Shown: positions 47,066-56,893 of the stretch, piece after piece | Layout: every line of letters starts with the position of its first letter | Numbering within the stretch: position 1 is the stretch's first letter | IMG/VR virus record: IMGVR_UViG_3300045988_127488 | DNA: 61,431 bases | Direction: 5' to 3' (one strand) | Origin: a virus | Notes under the pieces: model-generated | Database searches by the model: none | What the model was told of the DNA's origin: nothing | The model's input: only the letters and a program-made list of their open reading frames with translations | Made by a program: the position numbers and the translations under genes

Positions 47066-49954
47066 ATGCAACAATCAATCAGATACAAAGGTCTCAGCCT
47101 CACTCCCGATGAAATGGCAGTAGAAAACGGTGCGCTATCCCTCTGCGGCAATATAGAGCTGCACGATGGTGCATTACGCCCTGCCATTGTCGCTGGCACA
47201 CCCCTCTCTCAGCCCCTCACCGTTAATGGTGAGGTGGCTAAGATTTTATATGTTCACGAAACTGGCAGTTATCACCACCTCATAGCCATAGCCTCATCCT
47301 CCATCTATTGGTTCATGCAGGATGGCACGCTAGGCTCATCCACCCCGATCAAGTCCTTCGACTACGGTTCCACCATACTCTCCATCAACTCCATAGGCAA
47401 TACCCTCATCATCACCGCCACCGATGGCATCCACTATGCCCAGTGGAAAGAAGGCTCTTACTATTATCTTGGGCAGAAACCACCATTTCTTCCTATTTCC
47501 TTCGGTCTGTCATACAACCATACGGAATCCTATACCCATGGAGGTGGATTGGAAACAACTGGTAGCATAGACGAGACCGACTATGTTTGGCAACAAACCA
47601 CCGTCAGTTCTGCCGATGTTCTTTCTGCGGCCAAGGCATCTGCTGATTTCCATTCTCCCGGACAGACTGCATATAGCATCAAGGAAGAAAAACAGTCGGA
47701 TATTACCCAGAGCCTTTGGGCGTTAATCAATCGTACTAACAATCTCATAGCCAAGAACGGACGTTTTTATGCCAATTTCTTGGTGCGTTATTGTTATCGT
47801 CTTTACGATGGCACAATGATTATGCACTCTGCGCCAGTCCTCATGCCAGTCCTGGTGCCAAACAATTTCAAGGTCTATTATACCAATGGCTGGGCTAAAA
47901 GTACCAAGCCGGAAAATCCGGTAGGATCAGAAGTCACAGGCGCAAAGGATTTTGAGTATGATGATTCTTTTGAGCAAAGAATAACCAATTCCAGCGGCGA
48001 AATGGTATTCTCTATGAAGGTCAACAAACTTACCATGACATATTATCCTCGTAACGTATCCCTCCAATACACCATCAGAAGCTATTCTCTCATCCAGGAG
48101 CTGAAACAGTGGAACGACATCATCAAGTCGGTCGACATATTTATTTCCACCCCGATTCTTAAGGCAGACCAAAGTGAGAAAGTAGTTTCTTTCAATGTTA
48201 CAGAAGCATGCTACGGATTGGGAAAAGGTCTCTTCGAATCCATAGCCACTCGTACTCTTAATGGTAAACTGCGTGGCTATGGTGTCATCACAGTCAACAT
48301 CCCATCGCTCTCCGATTCAGCCTATGCCGACAAGATCAAGAACACCTCTGCCCTCTATAAGGTGGCATCACTGCAGGTGGATGAGTTGTCAACTGCCTAC
48401 CATGCAGAAGTGCCGGTGGATAAGTCTGCAGTCTATAACATATCCACTCAGGAACAGATGAAAGACGACTACAAAACCCACAACAGTCTCTTTGCCAAAG
48501 GCACTTATGCCTACAATCATCGCTTGAATCTCTATGGCATGAGCGAGAAACTGTTTTCAGGCTTCTCTCCTTTCGAAATGTTCCCATATCCTCCATATCC
48601 TTATAACTTCTATAATGGTAGCAATGTCACCATCAGCCAGATTGTCGTGCAGCTCAAAACCACGGAAGGCTTCAAGTATGTAGAATGTTCCGGCTCTAAC
48701 ATCAAGACCGAACTTTACACGCTCATCAATATGCCTAAGTTCTACCCGGATTCACGTGCCGAGAAGATGATCATATTCACAGACGGTGGTGACATTTATG
48801 AGTTTGTCCTGAAGGAATGCAATGAGTTGAATGGCGCTATGCACATGGGCGATTTCTCATACAGTCCATCCAAATATCGCATATCCTCCTTCTCCTATTC
48901 CGTAGATGATGTAGTCGATATGAGCAACAAGATCTACACTTCAGAGTCCGATAACCCTTTCTATTTCCCTCTGAACGGAATCAACACCGTAGGTATCGGC
49001 ATCATCCAGGGCATAGCCTCCACCACGCGTGCCCTCAGTCAGGGGCAGTTTGGTCAGTACCCTCTCATGGCGTTCTCCACCGATGGTATCTGGGCGTTGG
49101 AAGTCTCCTCCCAAGGCACCTATAGCAGCATCCACCCTATCAGCCGTGAGGTCTGCAGCAATCCGAAGTCCATCACCCAGCTAGACCAGTCCGTGCTCTT
49201 CGCCACAAATCGCTCCCTCAGTCGCATAGCAGAGTCTCAGGTGGTTTCCATGTCAGATGTCTTGGATGGCCCCGGCTTCAACATTTCCGGTAGCCTAGGT
49301 AAGTTCCTCAACTTCTTCATTGATGCAGAAGGGGATAGCGAATCCGTCAAGACAATCAAGGCTCAGATGCGTCAACTCATAGATTTTACTTCATCGCCAA
49401 TAGAGTTCTTCCAGCATTGTCAGGTTATCTACGATTACAAAAACTCTCGCATCTTATGCCTGGATGTTACGCAGACGAGTAGGGCCTCTACGGCTGATAC
49501 TGTGGCTCTCTGCTATTCTATCAAGGATAATGCCTGGAGCACTTTCCTTATACAGAACGTGCTCACGTCAATCAATTCCTACCCACACCCCTACATACAA
49601 TATAGGGATGGCAGCGTGATAGTCCTGGATAGCGGTTACGATTACGAGGATGATACCGAGTATCACGGCATCATCGTCACCCGAACCTTGAAGTTCGATG
49701 AGGATAATGCCCCTGATTCCATCACTGGCTACATCCATTCCCTCACGTCTGGCAGCATACCAATCATGTGGTTATATGGTAGCAATGATAATCAGAATTG
49801 GCATTACATCGGTCGCTTGGGCGGCATGAAGTCCAGCTACATGGCTACTCACAGCTATCGCTTTTTCCGCATTGCCCTCTATCTAAAGATGAAGTCCATG
49901 AACCAATATTTCGCAACTCGCCTCGAAGTCATCCGTCGCTTCAACAAGTTCTAG
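47066..49954 (+). CDS. Large virion structural protein candidate (962 aa; tail/nozzle?)
   Basis: Long ATG ORF with beta-rich composition. It is the last gene of the + operon and is followed by hairpins. No diagnostic motif. Confidence 0.5.
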   Translation: MQQSIRYKGLSLTPDEMAVENGALSLCGNIELHDGALRPAIVAGTPLSQPLTVNGEVAKILYVHETGSYHHLIAIASSSIYWFMQDGTLGSSTPIKSFDYGSTILSINSIGNTLIITATDGIHYAQWKEGSYYYLGQKPPFLPISFGLSYNHTESYTHGGGLETTGSIDETDYVWQQTTVSSADVLSAAKASADFHSPGQTAYSIKEEKQSDITQSLWALINRTNNLIAKNGRFYANFLVRYCYRLYDGTMIMHSAPVLMPVLVPNNFKVYYTNGWAKSTKPENPVGSEVTGAKDFEYDDSFEQRITNSSGEMVFSMKVNKLTMTYYPRNVSLQYTIRSYSLIQELKQWNDIIKSVDIFISTPILKADQSEKVVSFNVTEACYGLGKGLFESIATRTLNGKLRGYGVITVNIPSLSDSAYADKIKNTSALYKVASLQVDELSTAYHAEVPVDKSAVYNISTQEQMKDDYKTHNSLFAKGTYAYNHRLNLYGMSEKLFSGFSPFEMFPYPPYPYNFYNGSNVTISQIVVQLKTTEGFKYVECSGSNIKTELYTLINMPKFYPDSRAEKMIIFTDGGDIYEFVLKECNELNGAMHMGDFSYSPSKYRISSFSYSVDDVVDMSNKIYTSESDNPFYFPLNGINTVGIGIIQGIASTTRALSQGQFGQYPLMAFSTDGIWALEVSSQGTYSSIHPISREVCSNPKSITQLDQSVLFATNRSLSRIAESQVVSMSDVLDGPGFNISGSLGKFLNFFIDAEGDSESVKTIKAQMRQLIDFTSSPIEFFQHCQVIYDYKNSRILCLDVTQTSRASTADTVALCYSIKDNAWSTFLIQNVLTSINSYPHPYIQYRDGSVIVLDSGYDYEDDTEYHGIIVTRTLKFDEDNAPDSITGYIHSLTSGSIPIMWLYGSNDNQNWHYIGRLGGMKSSYMATHSYRFFRIALYLKMKSMNQYFATRLEVIRRFNKF

Positions 49955-49965
49955 CCAGAAAAAAT

Positions 49966-50009
49966 AAGAGCCTTCGCAAATCAGGAGAATCCCGATAGCG
50001 AAGGCTCTT
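49966..50009 (+). terminator. Hairpin downstream of the 962-aa gene
   Basis: aagagccttcgc...gcgaaggctctt forms a 12-bp stem with a 20-nt loop and a weak T tract. Confidence 0.4.
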
Positions 50010-50064
50010 TCCATAAACACCCAAAATAATGAAGAAAAAGAATAGCCTCAAAAATAAAAAGTCA

Positions 50065-50095
50065 CCGTTCCAGGCGATTCCATCGCCTGGTCCCA
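50065..50095 (+). repeat. Second exact copy of the 31-nt hairpin element (see 7861..7891)
   Basis: ccgttccaggcgattccatcgcctggtccca, in the convergent intergenic region. Confidence 0.85.
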
Positions 50096-50116
50096 GATAG
50101 CCCCCAAGTCCGCCTC

Positions 50117-50755
50117 TTAAGTAAAGCTAGGCCGTCTCAGCGTATAGTTATCCCGGCTCAGCAAGTCGCTCTTGATGTTATTGTAGTCAGCGGTAGCGCT
50201 TTCTCCATACGTTCCAGCCTTATCCGCAAACTGATCCATCAGGAACTGGCTCATCACGTAGTCTACGATGTATCTGTGGCAGTGGCTCTTCAAGGCATCC
50301 GTCACAGCCACGTTCCAGTTCGGAATCTCCAGTTTCAGCGTCACCGTCTCATAGATGGTTTCCTCCCTGTCCTTACCAGCCTTGTTTACGGTAGCAGTCG
50401 TTTCGTTCTCCTCACCGTCAATGATGGTGGTCACTACCTCCGTCCAAGTACCGTCTTCGTTGTCAGTATAGGCATACTTTCTGATGCCCTTCACCAGTCG
50501 CTCCAGGTTGTTGTTGTCCTCCACTCTACCAGTAGTCTGATAACGTTGAGCAGCCAGTTTGATGTTAGCGATGGCTTCCGTCACGGCACGGTTGATAATA
50601 CTGCGAGTCTCGTCACTGTCAGGGCTTTCTATGTTGGCTCTGATGTCCTTCTGAGCTTCGTCCACCATTCCCTGGCTTACTACATAGCATCTTGCCAGTA
50701 TATCATTACATACCTGCTCCATGCTAAAATTCAATGTAATCAATTTTCTATCCAT
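50117..50755 (-). CDS. Hypothetical virion-module protein
   Basis: 212-aa ATG ORF. Confidence 0.5.
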   Translation of the reverse strand: MDRKLITLNFSMEQVCNDILARCYVVSQGMVDEAQKDIRANIESPDSDETRSIINRAVTEAIANIKLAAQRYQTTGRVEDNNNLERLVKGIRKYAYTDNEDGTWTEVVTTIIDGEENETTATVNKAGKDREETIYETVTLKLEIPNWNVAVTDALKSHCHRYIVDYVMSQFLMDQFADKAGTYGESATADYNNIKSDLLSRDNYTLRRPSFT

Positions 50756-50784
50756 AATTGCAATTATTTATATTGAAGAAAAAA

Positions 50785-51435
50785 TTATCTCAGTTCGAAA
50801 GGTGGTCTGCCTCCGCTCCAGTCCACGAAGTCTTGATGAAAATGCTGCGAAACAAAGTCAGGGTTGCGCTCAGAGCCTTTCACCCCTCTCTGCTCATCCT
50901 TGTCTACCGCATCCCCATTTCTAGCCTCAGCATCCACAGCCGAAGATCCTTCTTTCTCTGTATCATCAGCAATTCTTGCAGCCTCAGCAAAGCTAAAATC
51001 CTTCTTTAGCAGCACCTCTTTGATAGCTTCCAGGTCACTTGCTCCCATGCTGGCATAGTCCGTATGGTTCATATCCGGGAAGTCACTCAGCCATCCGGCA
51101 AGGATAGCATGAACCAGATAGTTCTGTATTTGGTTGGTAAGGACCCCACTTAGCCTAGGTGGCCAAAAAACTAAAGTCTTGATGGTGATTGAGAAATCAT
51201 CAGCCAGTGCCTGTAGGTCAAACTGCTGTGTGGTCGAAGAAGAGAATCTTGCCAAGAAGTTTTCCAGGTCGGTTATTGCCTCCCGATAGTATATATCCAG
51301 TTTCGCTTCCTCGCCATCGCTCGCCCAGACGGTCTGAAAGTCCACCTCCGGGTTATGCTGCGCAATGGTGACAGATAGTCCCTCTACCACGACCATTACG
51401 CTCTTTTTCACTATTTTTATAGTTATCGTTTTCAT
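50785..51435 (-). CDS. Hypothetical virion-module protein
   Basis: 216-aa ATG ORF. Confidence 0.5.
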   Translation of the reverse strand: MKTITIKIVKKSVMVVVEGLSVTIAQHNPEVDFQTVWASDGEEAKLDIYYREAITDLENFLARFSSSTTQQFDLQALADDFSITIKTLVFWPPRLSGVLTNQIQNYLVHAILAGWLSDFPDMNHTDYASMGASDLEAIKEVLLKKDFSFAEAARIADDTEKEGSSAVDAEARNGDAVDKDEQRGVKGSERNPDFVSQHFHQDFVDWSGGRPPFELR

Positions 51436-51440
51436 AAGCC

Positions 51441-51869
51441 TTATTTCTTTCTATGCCACAACCAAATCAGCAAACCAATCACTGCAACTACCAGGGTCCA
51501 GATGATCTTGGCTGTATACTTCCCCAGGGTGATATACCTCTGTTCTGCCTTGCTCAGTTCTCGTACCATCGGCTTCGGAACATAGATAGTATCTCGTTTG
51601 ATGAATGAATCCGTCTTCACTTTGTTCAGATACCTGTATCTATCTTGCAGCACAAGCCTATCCTTAAAGATGGTATCACCCCTCTGATAGATATATACGC
51701 TATCCTTCCGGTAGAAGCTATCTGTTTTCTCCACCGTGTCCGTCCTTACCACATATTGGGTATGATATTCCGGCACGGTCACATATTTCGTCTTGCAGCT
51801 CGTCAAAAAGAGCACAGAGAAATAAGCTACACATACCAGCAGATAGATGATCCAATGTCTTGTCTTCAT
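51441..51869 (-). CDS. Unimolecular spanin candidate (N-terminal lipoprotein signal plus C-terminal TM)
   Basis: MKTRHWIIYLLVCVAYFSVLFLTSC carries a lipobox (LTSC). The C-terminal TM is IIWTLVVAVIGLLIWLW. The gene lies directly after the endolysin. Confidence 0.55.
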   Translation of the reverse strand: MKTRHWIIYLLVCVAYFSVLFLTSCKTKYVTVPEYHTQYVVRTDTVEKTDSFYRKDSVYIYQRGDTIFKDRLVLQDRYRYLNKVKTDSFIKRDTIYVPKPMVRELSKAEQRYITLGKYTAKIIWTLVVAVIGLLIWLWHRKK

Positions 51870-51872
51870 AAG

Positions 51873-52410
51873 CTATGATATGTTTAAGGCTCGCTTGGAT
51901 CTTTTCAAATACTCCTTGCATTTGTCCAGTCCATTGTAGCCACCGTTAATTTTCCGTCTGATTGCTTTCAGATTATCTTCGTCTGCCAATTCGTTGCAAC
52001 CGAAGGTATCAAATATCCACATCGATGAACGTGTTGCACCAAGAGGCTTCTCCAACAACTCAGGCTGCTCCACTACATCATAGCCACAATATCCGGCATA
52101 CTTCCTGTAGTTGGCTCGTCCTGTTATCTGTATCAGCCCACGCCCCTTATACCTCACCCCATCACCCTTATGGGTATTGCCAAGGTCTTTTCGCCCTTCA
52201 TACGCCTTTCCGCTGGCAATTTCTTTAGTATATCTCAACTCACCACTCTCATGCGCTATCTGGGCAAGATAGTGTGCCCACCTTAAAGGCGTATTGATTT
52301 CAAACTCCTCGGCATATCGGTTCAGGTATGGCAGAAACTTCTCTGCCCTTTTCCCGGCATTAGGCATCGCCATCAGCAGCTGCTCCAATCTAATTTCCTT
52401 CATTTCCATT
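51873..52410 (-). CDS. Endolysin, glycoside hydrolase family 19 (chitinase-like lysozyme)
   Basis: RWAHYLAQIAHESGELRY, GRKDLGNTHKGDGVRYKGRGLIQITGRANY. I moved the start to the ATG at 52410 (MEMKEIRLEQ). Confidence 0.85.
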
Positions 52411-52878
52411 TTCCTTATTGTTTTTAAATTCTTGGTATTTCTTGAACATCGGAAACTTCTCCACAAATCCAAGTGTCAACGCATAATAAGCATAGTCCAC
52501 AAGTTTATAAAATGGCGTATCAGGCACTAGCATCCTCCTCAGGTTCTTCAATATGTTGGTCGTGAACAGATAGGTTGCAGCTATACACACCCACTTCACG
52601 CAAAACAGAGCCTCAGTATCAGAATGCAAGAAATGACCGATAATAAACAATGCAGCCACCGTCACGAAGAACACTGCACAGCATACGAAGAACATGCCGA
52701 ATTTCTTCCAGCTCCATTCTTCACCGTTAAACACTGCAGCCACGATACCGAACACCAGGTTCAGCCCGAACAATACCATCATGGCAATCATAAAGTCTCT
52801 GATGGGAACTAGCAGACTCAGAAAAGTCCATATCGTCCCAATTAAGTAACCTCGAATATCATTCATTTTCTTTTCCAT
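52390..52878 (-). CDS. Holin candidate (about 4 TM)
   Basis: 162 aa with four hydrophobic helices. It is the first gene behind the lysis promoter and overlaps the endolysin start. Confidence 0.6.
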   Translation of the reverse strand: MEKKMNDIRGYLIGTIWTFLSLLVPIRDFMIAMMVLFGLNLVFGIVAAVFNGEEWSWKKFGMFFVCCAVFFVTVAALFIIGHFLHSDTEALFCVKWVCIAATYLFTTNILKNLRRMLVPDTPFYKLVDYAYYALTLGFVEKFPMFKKYQEFKNNKENGNEGN

Positions 52879-52910
52879 TTTTCCGTCCCCACTCCGTTAT
52901 GGAAACGATG

Positions 52911-52958
52911 CAAATTTAAGCCATCATTCCCGATTATCAGTGATAAGTTCAGCAACTT
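52911..52958 (-). promoter_or_regulatory. Phage-specific promoter (AAGTTGCTGAACTTATCAC-N21-TAAATTTG) for the lysis cassette
   Basis: Same box, the same 21-nt spacer and a canonical -7 box. It ends 33 nt upstream of the holin ATG. Confidence 0.65.
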
Positions 52959-53099
52959 CATACGAAAAAGAGAACACAAGCCCCTAATAAAGCCTGCATT
53001 CTCTTCTTCTGATAGTTTTCTTTTATATATCTCTAGGTGTTATGGAATCATTTCTAGAAGAGCAAATTGATTCTTCACTCTTCGTTCTTCACTCTTCAC

Positions 53100-53588
53100 T
53101 TAGTTAAAGTACCCCCAAGCCTTACAATGGCCATATGGGTTATCATCATCCCTCAGCCAATTTACGGCAAGATCCACCATCTTGTCCATCAACTGCTCCT
53201 CGCTGTCCTCAGGAAACCATTTCTTCATCAGATTATAGTTGTCCGAGTAGATCATATTCAGCACCACGGCAAAATCCCATTGGTTGTATGGCCGTATCTC
53301 GTCCTTCACCGTCTCATAAATCTCCTGAGTCTTGGCTGCAGTATAGTAAGGAGCACGATACTCAACCTCCTTGTCATCCTCAAACACCATCTTCTTGATC
53401 TGAGCCTCAGCAAAGAAGTCGTTGAAGTGGCCGTTACCCACAACCCCATAAATCTCCTTATACAGTTTCAGGAGATCATCTTCCTCGGCATGCATCGCCA
53501 CAAACTTGCCGATGATCTTGGTTACCTGCACCATCTGTTCCGGTGTGGCATCTGCCTGATATTTTGTGATAAGTTCTACTAAGTTCAT
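53100..53588 (-). CDS. Hypothetical protein
   Basis: I moved the start to the ATG at 53588 (MNLVELITKYQ), 1 nt after the upstream stop. The track ORF extends to 53717 in overlap. Confidence 0.5.
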   Translation of the reverse strand: MNLVELITKYQADATPEQMVQVTKIIGKFVAMHAEEDDLLKLYKEIYGVVGNGHFNDFFAEAQIKKMVFEDDKEVEYRAPYYTAAKTQEIYETVKDEIRPYNQWDFAVVLNMIYSDNYNLMKKWFPEDSEEQLMDKMVDLAVNWLRDDDNPYGHCKAWGYFN

Positions 53589-53589
53589 A

Positions 53590-54081
53590 TCATTCTTGTT
53601 TTTGTGATTTGACGTATTTGAAAATCTCGTCCAACTTGTTTTCCATGTTGTCGAGTCGCTGATTTGTTCTCTGCTGGTCACGAAATGATGTGTCCAACTC
53701 TGAGAGAAGTTGATCACAGTCCTTTACGGTCTGCTTGAAGTCCGGCATCTTATTGATGATGTCATTGGCTTGGTTCTTCAATGCGTTTACCTCGTTGATG
53801 ATACTCTCCTTACTACAAGAGATTACAAGAGTGTCGCTGTATGCTGTTTGCTCAGTATCAACTACCGAATAAGTTGACTGCTTTCCGTCTTCCGTCTGAA
53901 CATTCACCTTCACGTTCATGGTGCCAAAGTTTGGCATGCCAGGCATCTGTGGCATCATGTTGGGTTTGCTACCACTAATATCAGGGCTTGGAGCATTCAT
54001 CACTTTACCCTGCTTGAATTTTCTAGTCGCCCGGTCAAACAAAAAAACTGGGAAACCTGCCTTTAAATCTTTAAATATCAT
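53590..54081 (-). CDS. Hypothetical protein
   Basis: 163-aa ATG ORF. Confidence 0.5.
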   Translation of the reverse strand: MIFKDLKAGFPVFLFDRATRKFKQGKVMNAPSPDISGSKPNMMPQMPGMPNFGTMNVKVNVQTEDGKQSTYSVVDTEQTAYSDTLVISCSKESIINEVNALKNQANDIINKMPDFKQTVKDCDQLLSELDTSFRDQQRTNQRLDNMENKLDEIFKYVKSQKQE

Positions 54082-54160
54082 AATCGTATCTTTTTAAATG
54101 GATAATGCGAGGGAAACGATGGCTAACAAACCATCCACCATTTCCCCCTATAAAATGATA

Positions 54161-54604
54161 CTAAGCAGTAGTCAATGCTACGGTTAGACTGTCAAATATG
54201 CTCAGGCCTCTAGCCTTTCCGCATACCACATCGTTAGCCTTTTGCGTTCTGCCTACACTGGTGATGGTCACAGCCGTTGGCAGAGCTGTCTGCCCTTGGA
54301 AGGCTGCTACCCATCTTTCCGTGTAAATCAAAGGCTGCGCTCTCATCACGTTTCTGTTGCCTATTACAGGCGAAATGATGGAGATTGTCGCCACGATAGG
54401 TACAAACACCGTTGTGCCATTCAGGATAGGCTGCTCATAACTGTAGGTTATGCTTGTCTGTGGCTGCACGCTGCCATTCACGCAATAAGGTCTGCAAAGC
54501 TTCTCATTGTAAGTAGCTAAGACTGAAACTTGGTTGGCTACCAATGCTGTAGTAGCCAAACCCACTGGAGAAATCTTGTTCATACCACTACGCTTCTGTT
54601 TCAT
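54161..54604 (-). CDS. Hypothetical beta-rich protein
   Basis: I moved the start to the ATG at 54604 (MKQKRSGMNKISPVG), just after the upstream stop at 54616. Confidence 0.5.
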   Translation of the reverse strand: MKQKRSGMNKISPVGLATTALVANQVSVLATYNEKLCRPYCVNGSVQPQTSITYSYEQPILNGTTVFVPIVATISIISPVIGNRNVMRAQPLIYTERWVAAFQGQTALPTAVTITSVGRTQKANDVVCGKARGLSIFDSLTVALTTA

Positions 54605-54615
54605 TCTTAACTTTT

Positions 54616-55479
54616 TTACTGATAGCCACCTGCTACACCTGCGCCACATCCGCAACCGCCATTCATCAGATTGGCAAAGTAGATGTTCTGCTGCAACTGA
54701 GAGTTCTTAAACTTCAAGTCCTGAATCTCGTTAGCTTGCTCCTGGCTCCAATGCCCTGTCAAGGTGTCGATGATGCGCTGGGTGTTGTTCTCACCTGCAC
54801 GGATGACGTCACACTTGTCTTGCTGCATCTGGAAACCGAGATTCGAAGCTGCTCTTTCTATACCAGTGTTGGTATAGCTAAAGCCCTGCTGCATCTGGTT
54901 AACGATGTCCTTCTGACCAAGCTGGTTATCGTAACCCATCTTGATGATGTTCTGCTGAGTCTGGCAGCAGCAATCCTTCAACGCTATTGTCATCTGCAAG
55001 TTACCCTGCGAAATAGCGTTGATCACTCGCTCTGCCGAGAATCCTACCTGACCGCCAAGCTGCTGGATGCCTGCCTGGATGCCACAGATAGAGTTCTGCA
55101 AGGCGTTGAAGTCACAGTTCAGATTGCTTGCCAACATCTTAAGGTCGTTGCCGTTACCCTGGATGGCACCCATCAGCAAGTTGCTATTCTGGTTGTCTGC
55201 CATCTGGTTGCGCAAACTCTCGATTTGACTCTGAATCTCCGCACGCTGCACGTCTGCGCCATTGTCACGATTGTTCCAGTCTGCACCATACATATATCGC
55301 ATCATGCCCATCATCATCATGTAGGCAAACGGATTGTTCCACATATCATCATCGTCACGGTTACGCATCATAGCCGCCATTGCCAAAGGATTGCTGTCAC
55401 GATTTGCCATCGCTCCAAGCAAACCACCCATCATTGCATCGTTGCAACAAGAGGTAGTCTTAATTACTTCTTCTGCCAT
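54616..55479 (-). CDS. Met/Gln/Asn-rich protein with Cys clusters
   Basis: 287 aa containing TTSCCND, MMMMGMMRYMYG, KDCCCQTQQN and a C-terminal NGGCGCGAGVAGGYQ. Confidence 0.55.
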   Translation of the reverse strand: MAEEVIKTTSCCNDAMMGGLLGAMANRDSNPLAMAAMMRNRDDDDMWNNPFAYMMMMGMMRYMYGADWNNRDNGADVQRAEIQSQIESLRNQMADNQNSNLLMGAIQGNGNDLKMLASNLNCDFNALQNSICGIQAGIQQLGGQVGFSAERVINAISQGNLQMTIALKDCCCQTQQNIIKMGYDNQLGQKDIVNQMQQGFSYTNTGIERAASNLGFQMQQDKCDVIRAGENNTQRIIDTLTGHWSQEQANEIQDLKFKNSQLQQNIYFANLMNGGCGCGAGVAGGYQ

Positions 55480-55635
55480 AATTCCTAAAGAAATAAAAGT
55501 TGTACATTTTGTTTATTCACACATGTAATCGATTACGGCAGCAAAGTTATCCCAAAATATCTACATGTTTCATAACTCTGTCAAACATTCTTTTAGTGGC
55601 TGATTTCTAAAGATTTAAGGTGACATAGACCCATA

Positions 55636-55665
55636 TCAAAAAAGAGAAGCCTCATCAGCTTCTCT
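55636..55665 (-). terminator. Intrinsic terminator after gene 55677..55859
   Basis: On the minus strand, the stem AGAGAAGC/GCTTCTCT with a 7-nt loop is followed by TTTTTTG. Confidence 0.65.
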
Positions 55666-55676
55666 TCATTATTCTG

Positions 55677-55859
55677 TTATTTACCCATAAAATAAGTGAT
55701 GATGGTTCCAGCAATCGCTATCACATTGATAAATGTTAGCCACGCAAACAACCACTTCTTGCGTTTATAATCTCCTGTCCACCAAACAAAGATATTAAAC
55801 GAAACGCTCAACATTATAATGATAGCACACTCTACAAATAAAAATGTTACCATATTCAT
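55677..55859 (-). CDS. Small membrane protein (2 TM)
   Basis: From the ATG at 55859: MNMVTFLFVECAIIIMLSVSFNIFVWW... Confidence 0.45.
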   Translation of the reverse strand: MNMVTFLFVECAIIIMLSVSFNIFVWWTGDYKRKKWLFAWLTFINVIAIAGTIITYFMGK

Positions 55860-55885
55860 ATCGTTTATCCGTGTTGCGATAGGGC

Positions 55886-56233
55886 TTAGTTCTTTCTTTT
55901 CAGTCTTTTCTTGATAAACTCCCGAACGTCCCATTTTTTAAAGAAATGAGAATGGTCCCCAGCGTTCCCCACGCTTTCCAGCTCCCCATCAGCGATAGCC
56001 CTTCTTAGGGTAGATTCGCTGATATGCGCCTCCTTCTTCACCTGCCCGGCAGTCATCATTGGGTTGAGAGCATACGGCAGATAGTTCTCACAAAGGTCTT
56101 CTATCTCATCGCTACTCATTCCACAAGCAGTTACCTTCTCCCCTCTCTTCTCTTGCTCGTCTGCTCGAAAACAAGAATCCGATAACGATTTTAATAACAC
56201 TCCCAAGGTGTGATAACCAAATAACTTTCCCAT
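55886..56233 (-). CDS. HTH DNA-binding protein (excisionase/AlpA-like C-terminus)
   Basis: MTAGQVKKEAHISESTLRRAIADGELESVG...FFKKWDVREFIKKR. Confidence 0.5.
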   Translation of the reverse strand: MGKLFGYHTLGVLLKSLSDSCFRADEQEKRGEKVTACGMSSDEIEDLCENYLPYALNPMMTAGQVKKEAHISESTLRRAIADGELESVGNAGDHSHFFKKWDVREFIKKRLKRKN

Positions 56234-56237
56234 ATCA

Positions 56238-56789
56238 TTATAATCTAGAGATTAAACTTTGACAGCCCTTGCCTGAGAAATACTTATCGGCAAAACCATA
56301 TACATAAAATATAATGGTCATTACAAGTATTACAACATTAGCTTCCACCATTTCGTTGGTGGTAAAAACATTCCAGTATACGATATGAATAGCATTTATC
56401 CCAAATAGGTAGATGATCATCGGAATACGCCATCTGTAGCAGAGCCAAAAGAATCTGCTCGCAATTATAAGCACAAGCGGATGGATGTAAACGGAAAAAT
56501 AGATAAATGCTGCCGATACCCAATTCTCCTTAAACCATACGCACATTTCTTTTTCATGAGACGCAAATGTTACCATGCATGCAATATGAAAAAGCATGAT
56601 AAACAGAGGCATCACTTCACAATAATACTTAAACCAAGTGAGTAGCTTTACGCTGTAGCCTCTACCTGCAAGGATAATGACGTTTATCATTTCGCTAACG
56701 TCCATGTCCTTAAACATTATTCTTGACAACTGTACAACACCGACTGATTGAACTAACCGATGTACTTCATCTTCTTCCTCTTTACTCAT
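56238..56789 (-). CDS. Polytopic membrane protein
   Basis: 183 aa with about 5 hydrophobic helices. It is the first gene of a self-contained cassette. Confidence 0.5.
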   Translation of the reverse strand: MSKEEEDEVHRLVQSVGVVQLSRIMFKDMDVSEMINVIILAGRGYSVKLLTWFKYYCEVMPLFIMLFHIACMVTFASHEKEMCVWFKENWVSAAFIYFSVYIHPLVLIIASRFFWLCYRWRIPMIIYLFGINAIHIVYWNVFTTNEMVEANVVILVMTIIFYVYGFADKYFSGKGCQSLISRL

Positions 56790-56857
56790 AAATTCTTCTC
56801 CTTTTGTTTTTGTGTTTATTATTTGTTCTTAGTTCCTCATTCTTAATAAGAAGGAAA

Positions 56858-56893
56858 GTTCTGCAAAAATAAACAATTCTGCACAAAAATATT
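56858..56893 (-). promoter_or_regulatory. Tandem -7 boxes with a repeated flanking motif (TATTTTTGTGCAGAAT / TATTTTTGCAGAAC)
   Basis: Two TAttTTTG boxes lie 20 nt apart on the minus strand, upstream of gene 56789. Confidence 0.45.

Noticed and set aside
53071-53097. 13-nt tandem duplicate ttcttcactcttc-g-ttcttcactcttc just after the stop of gene 53100
   Set aside because: It is real but tiny, with only two copies and no associated structure or recurrence elsewhere. It is likely slippage debris in a spacer.
53566-53585. Sixth partial copy of the GTGATAAGTT promoter box
   Set aside because: It lies across the start of gene 53100..53588, where it encodes MNLVELITKY. It lacks the first half of the palindrome and has no TAnnTTTG box 21 nt downstream, so it is probably coincidental.
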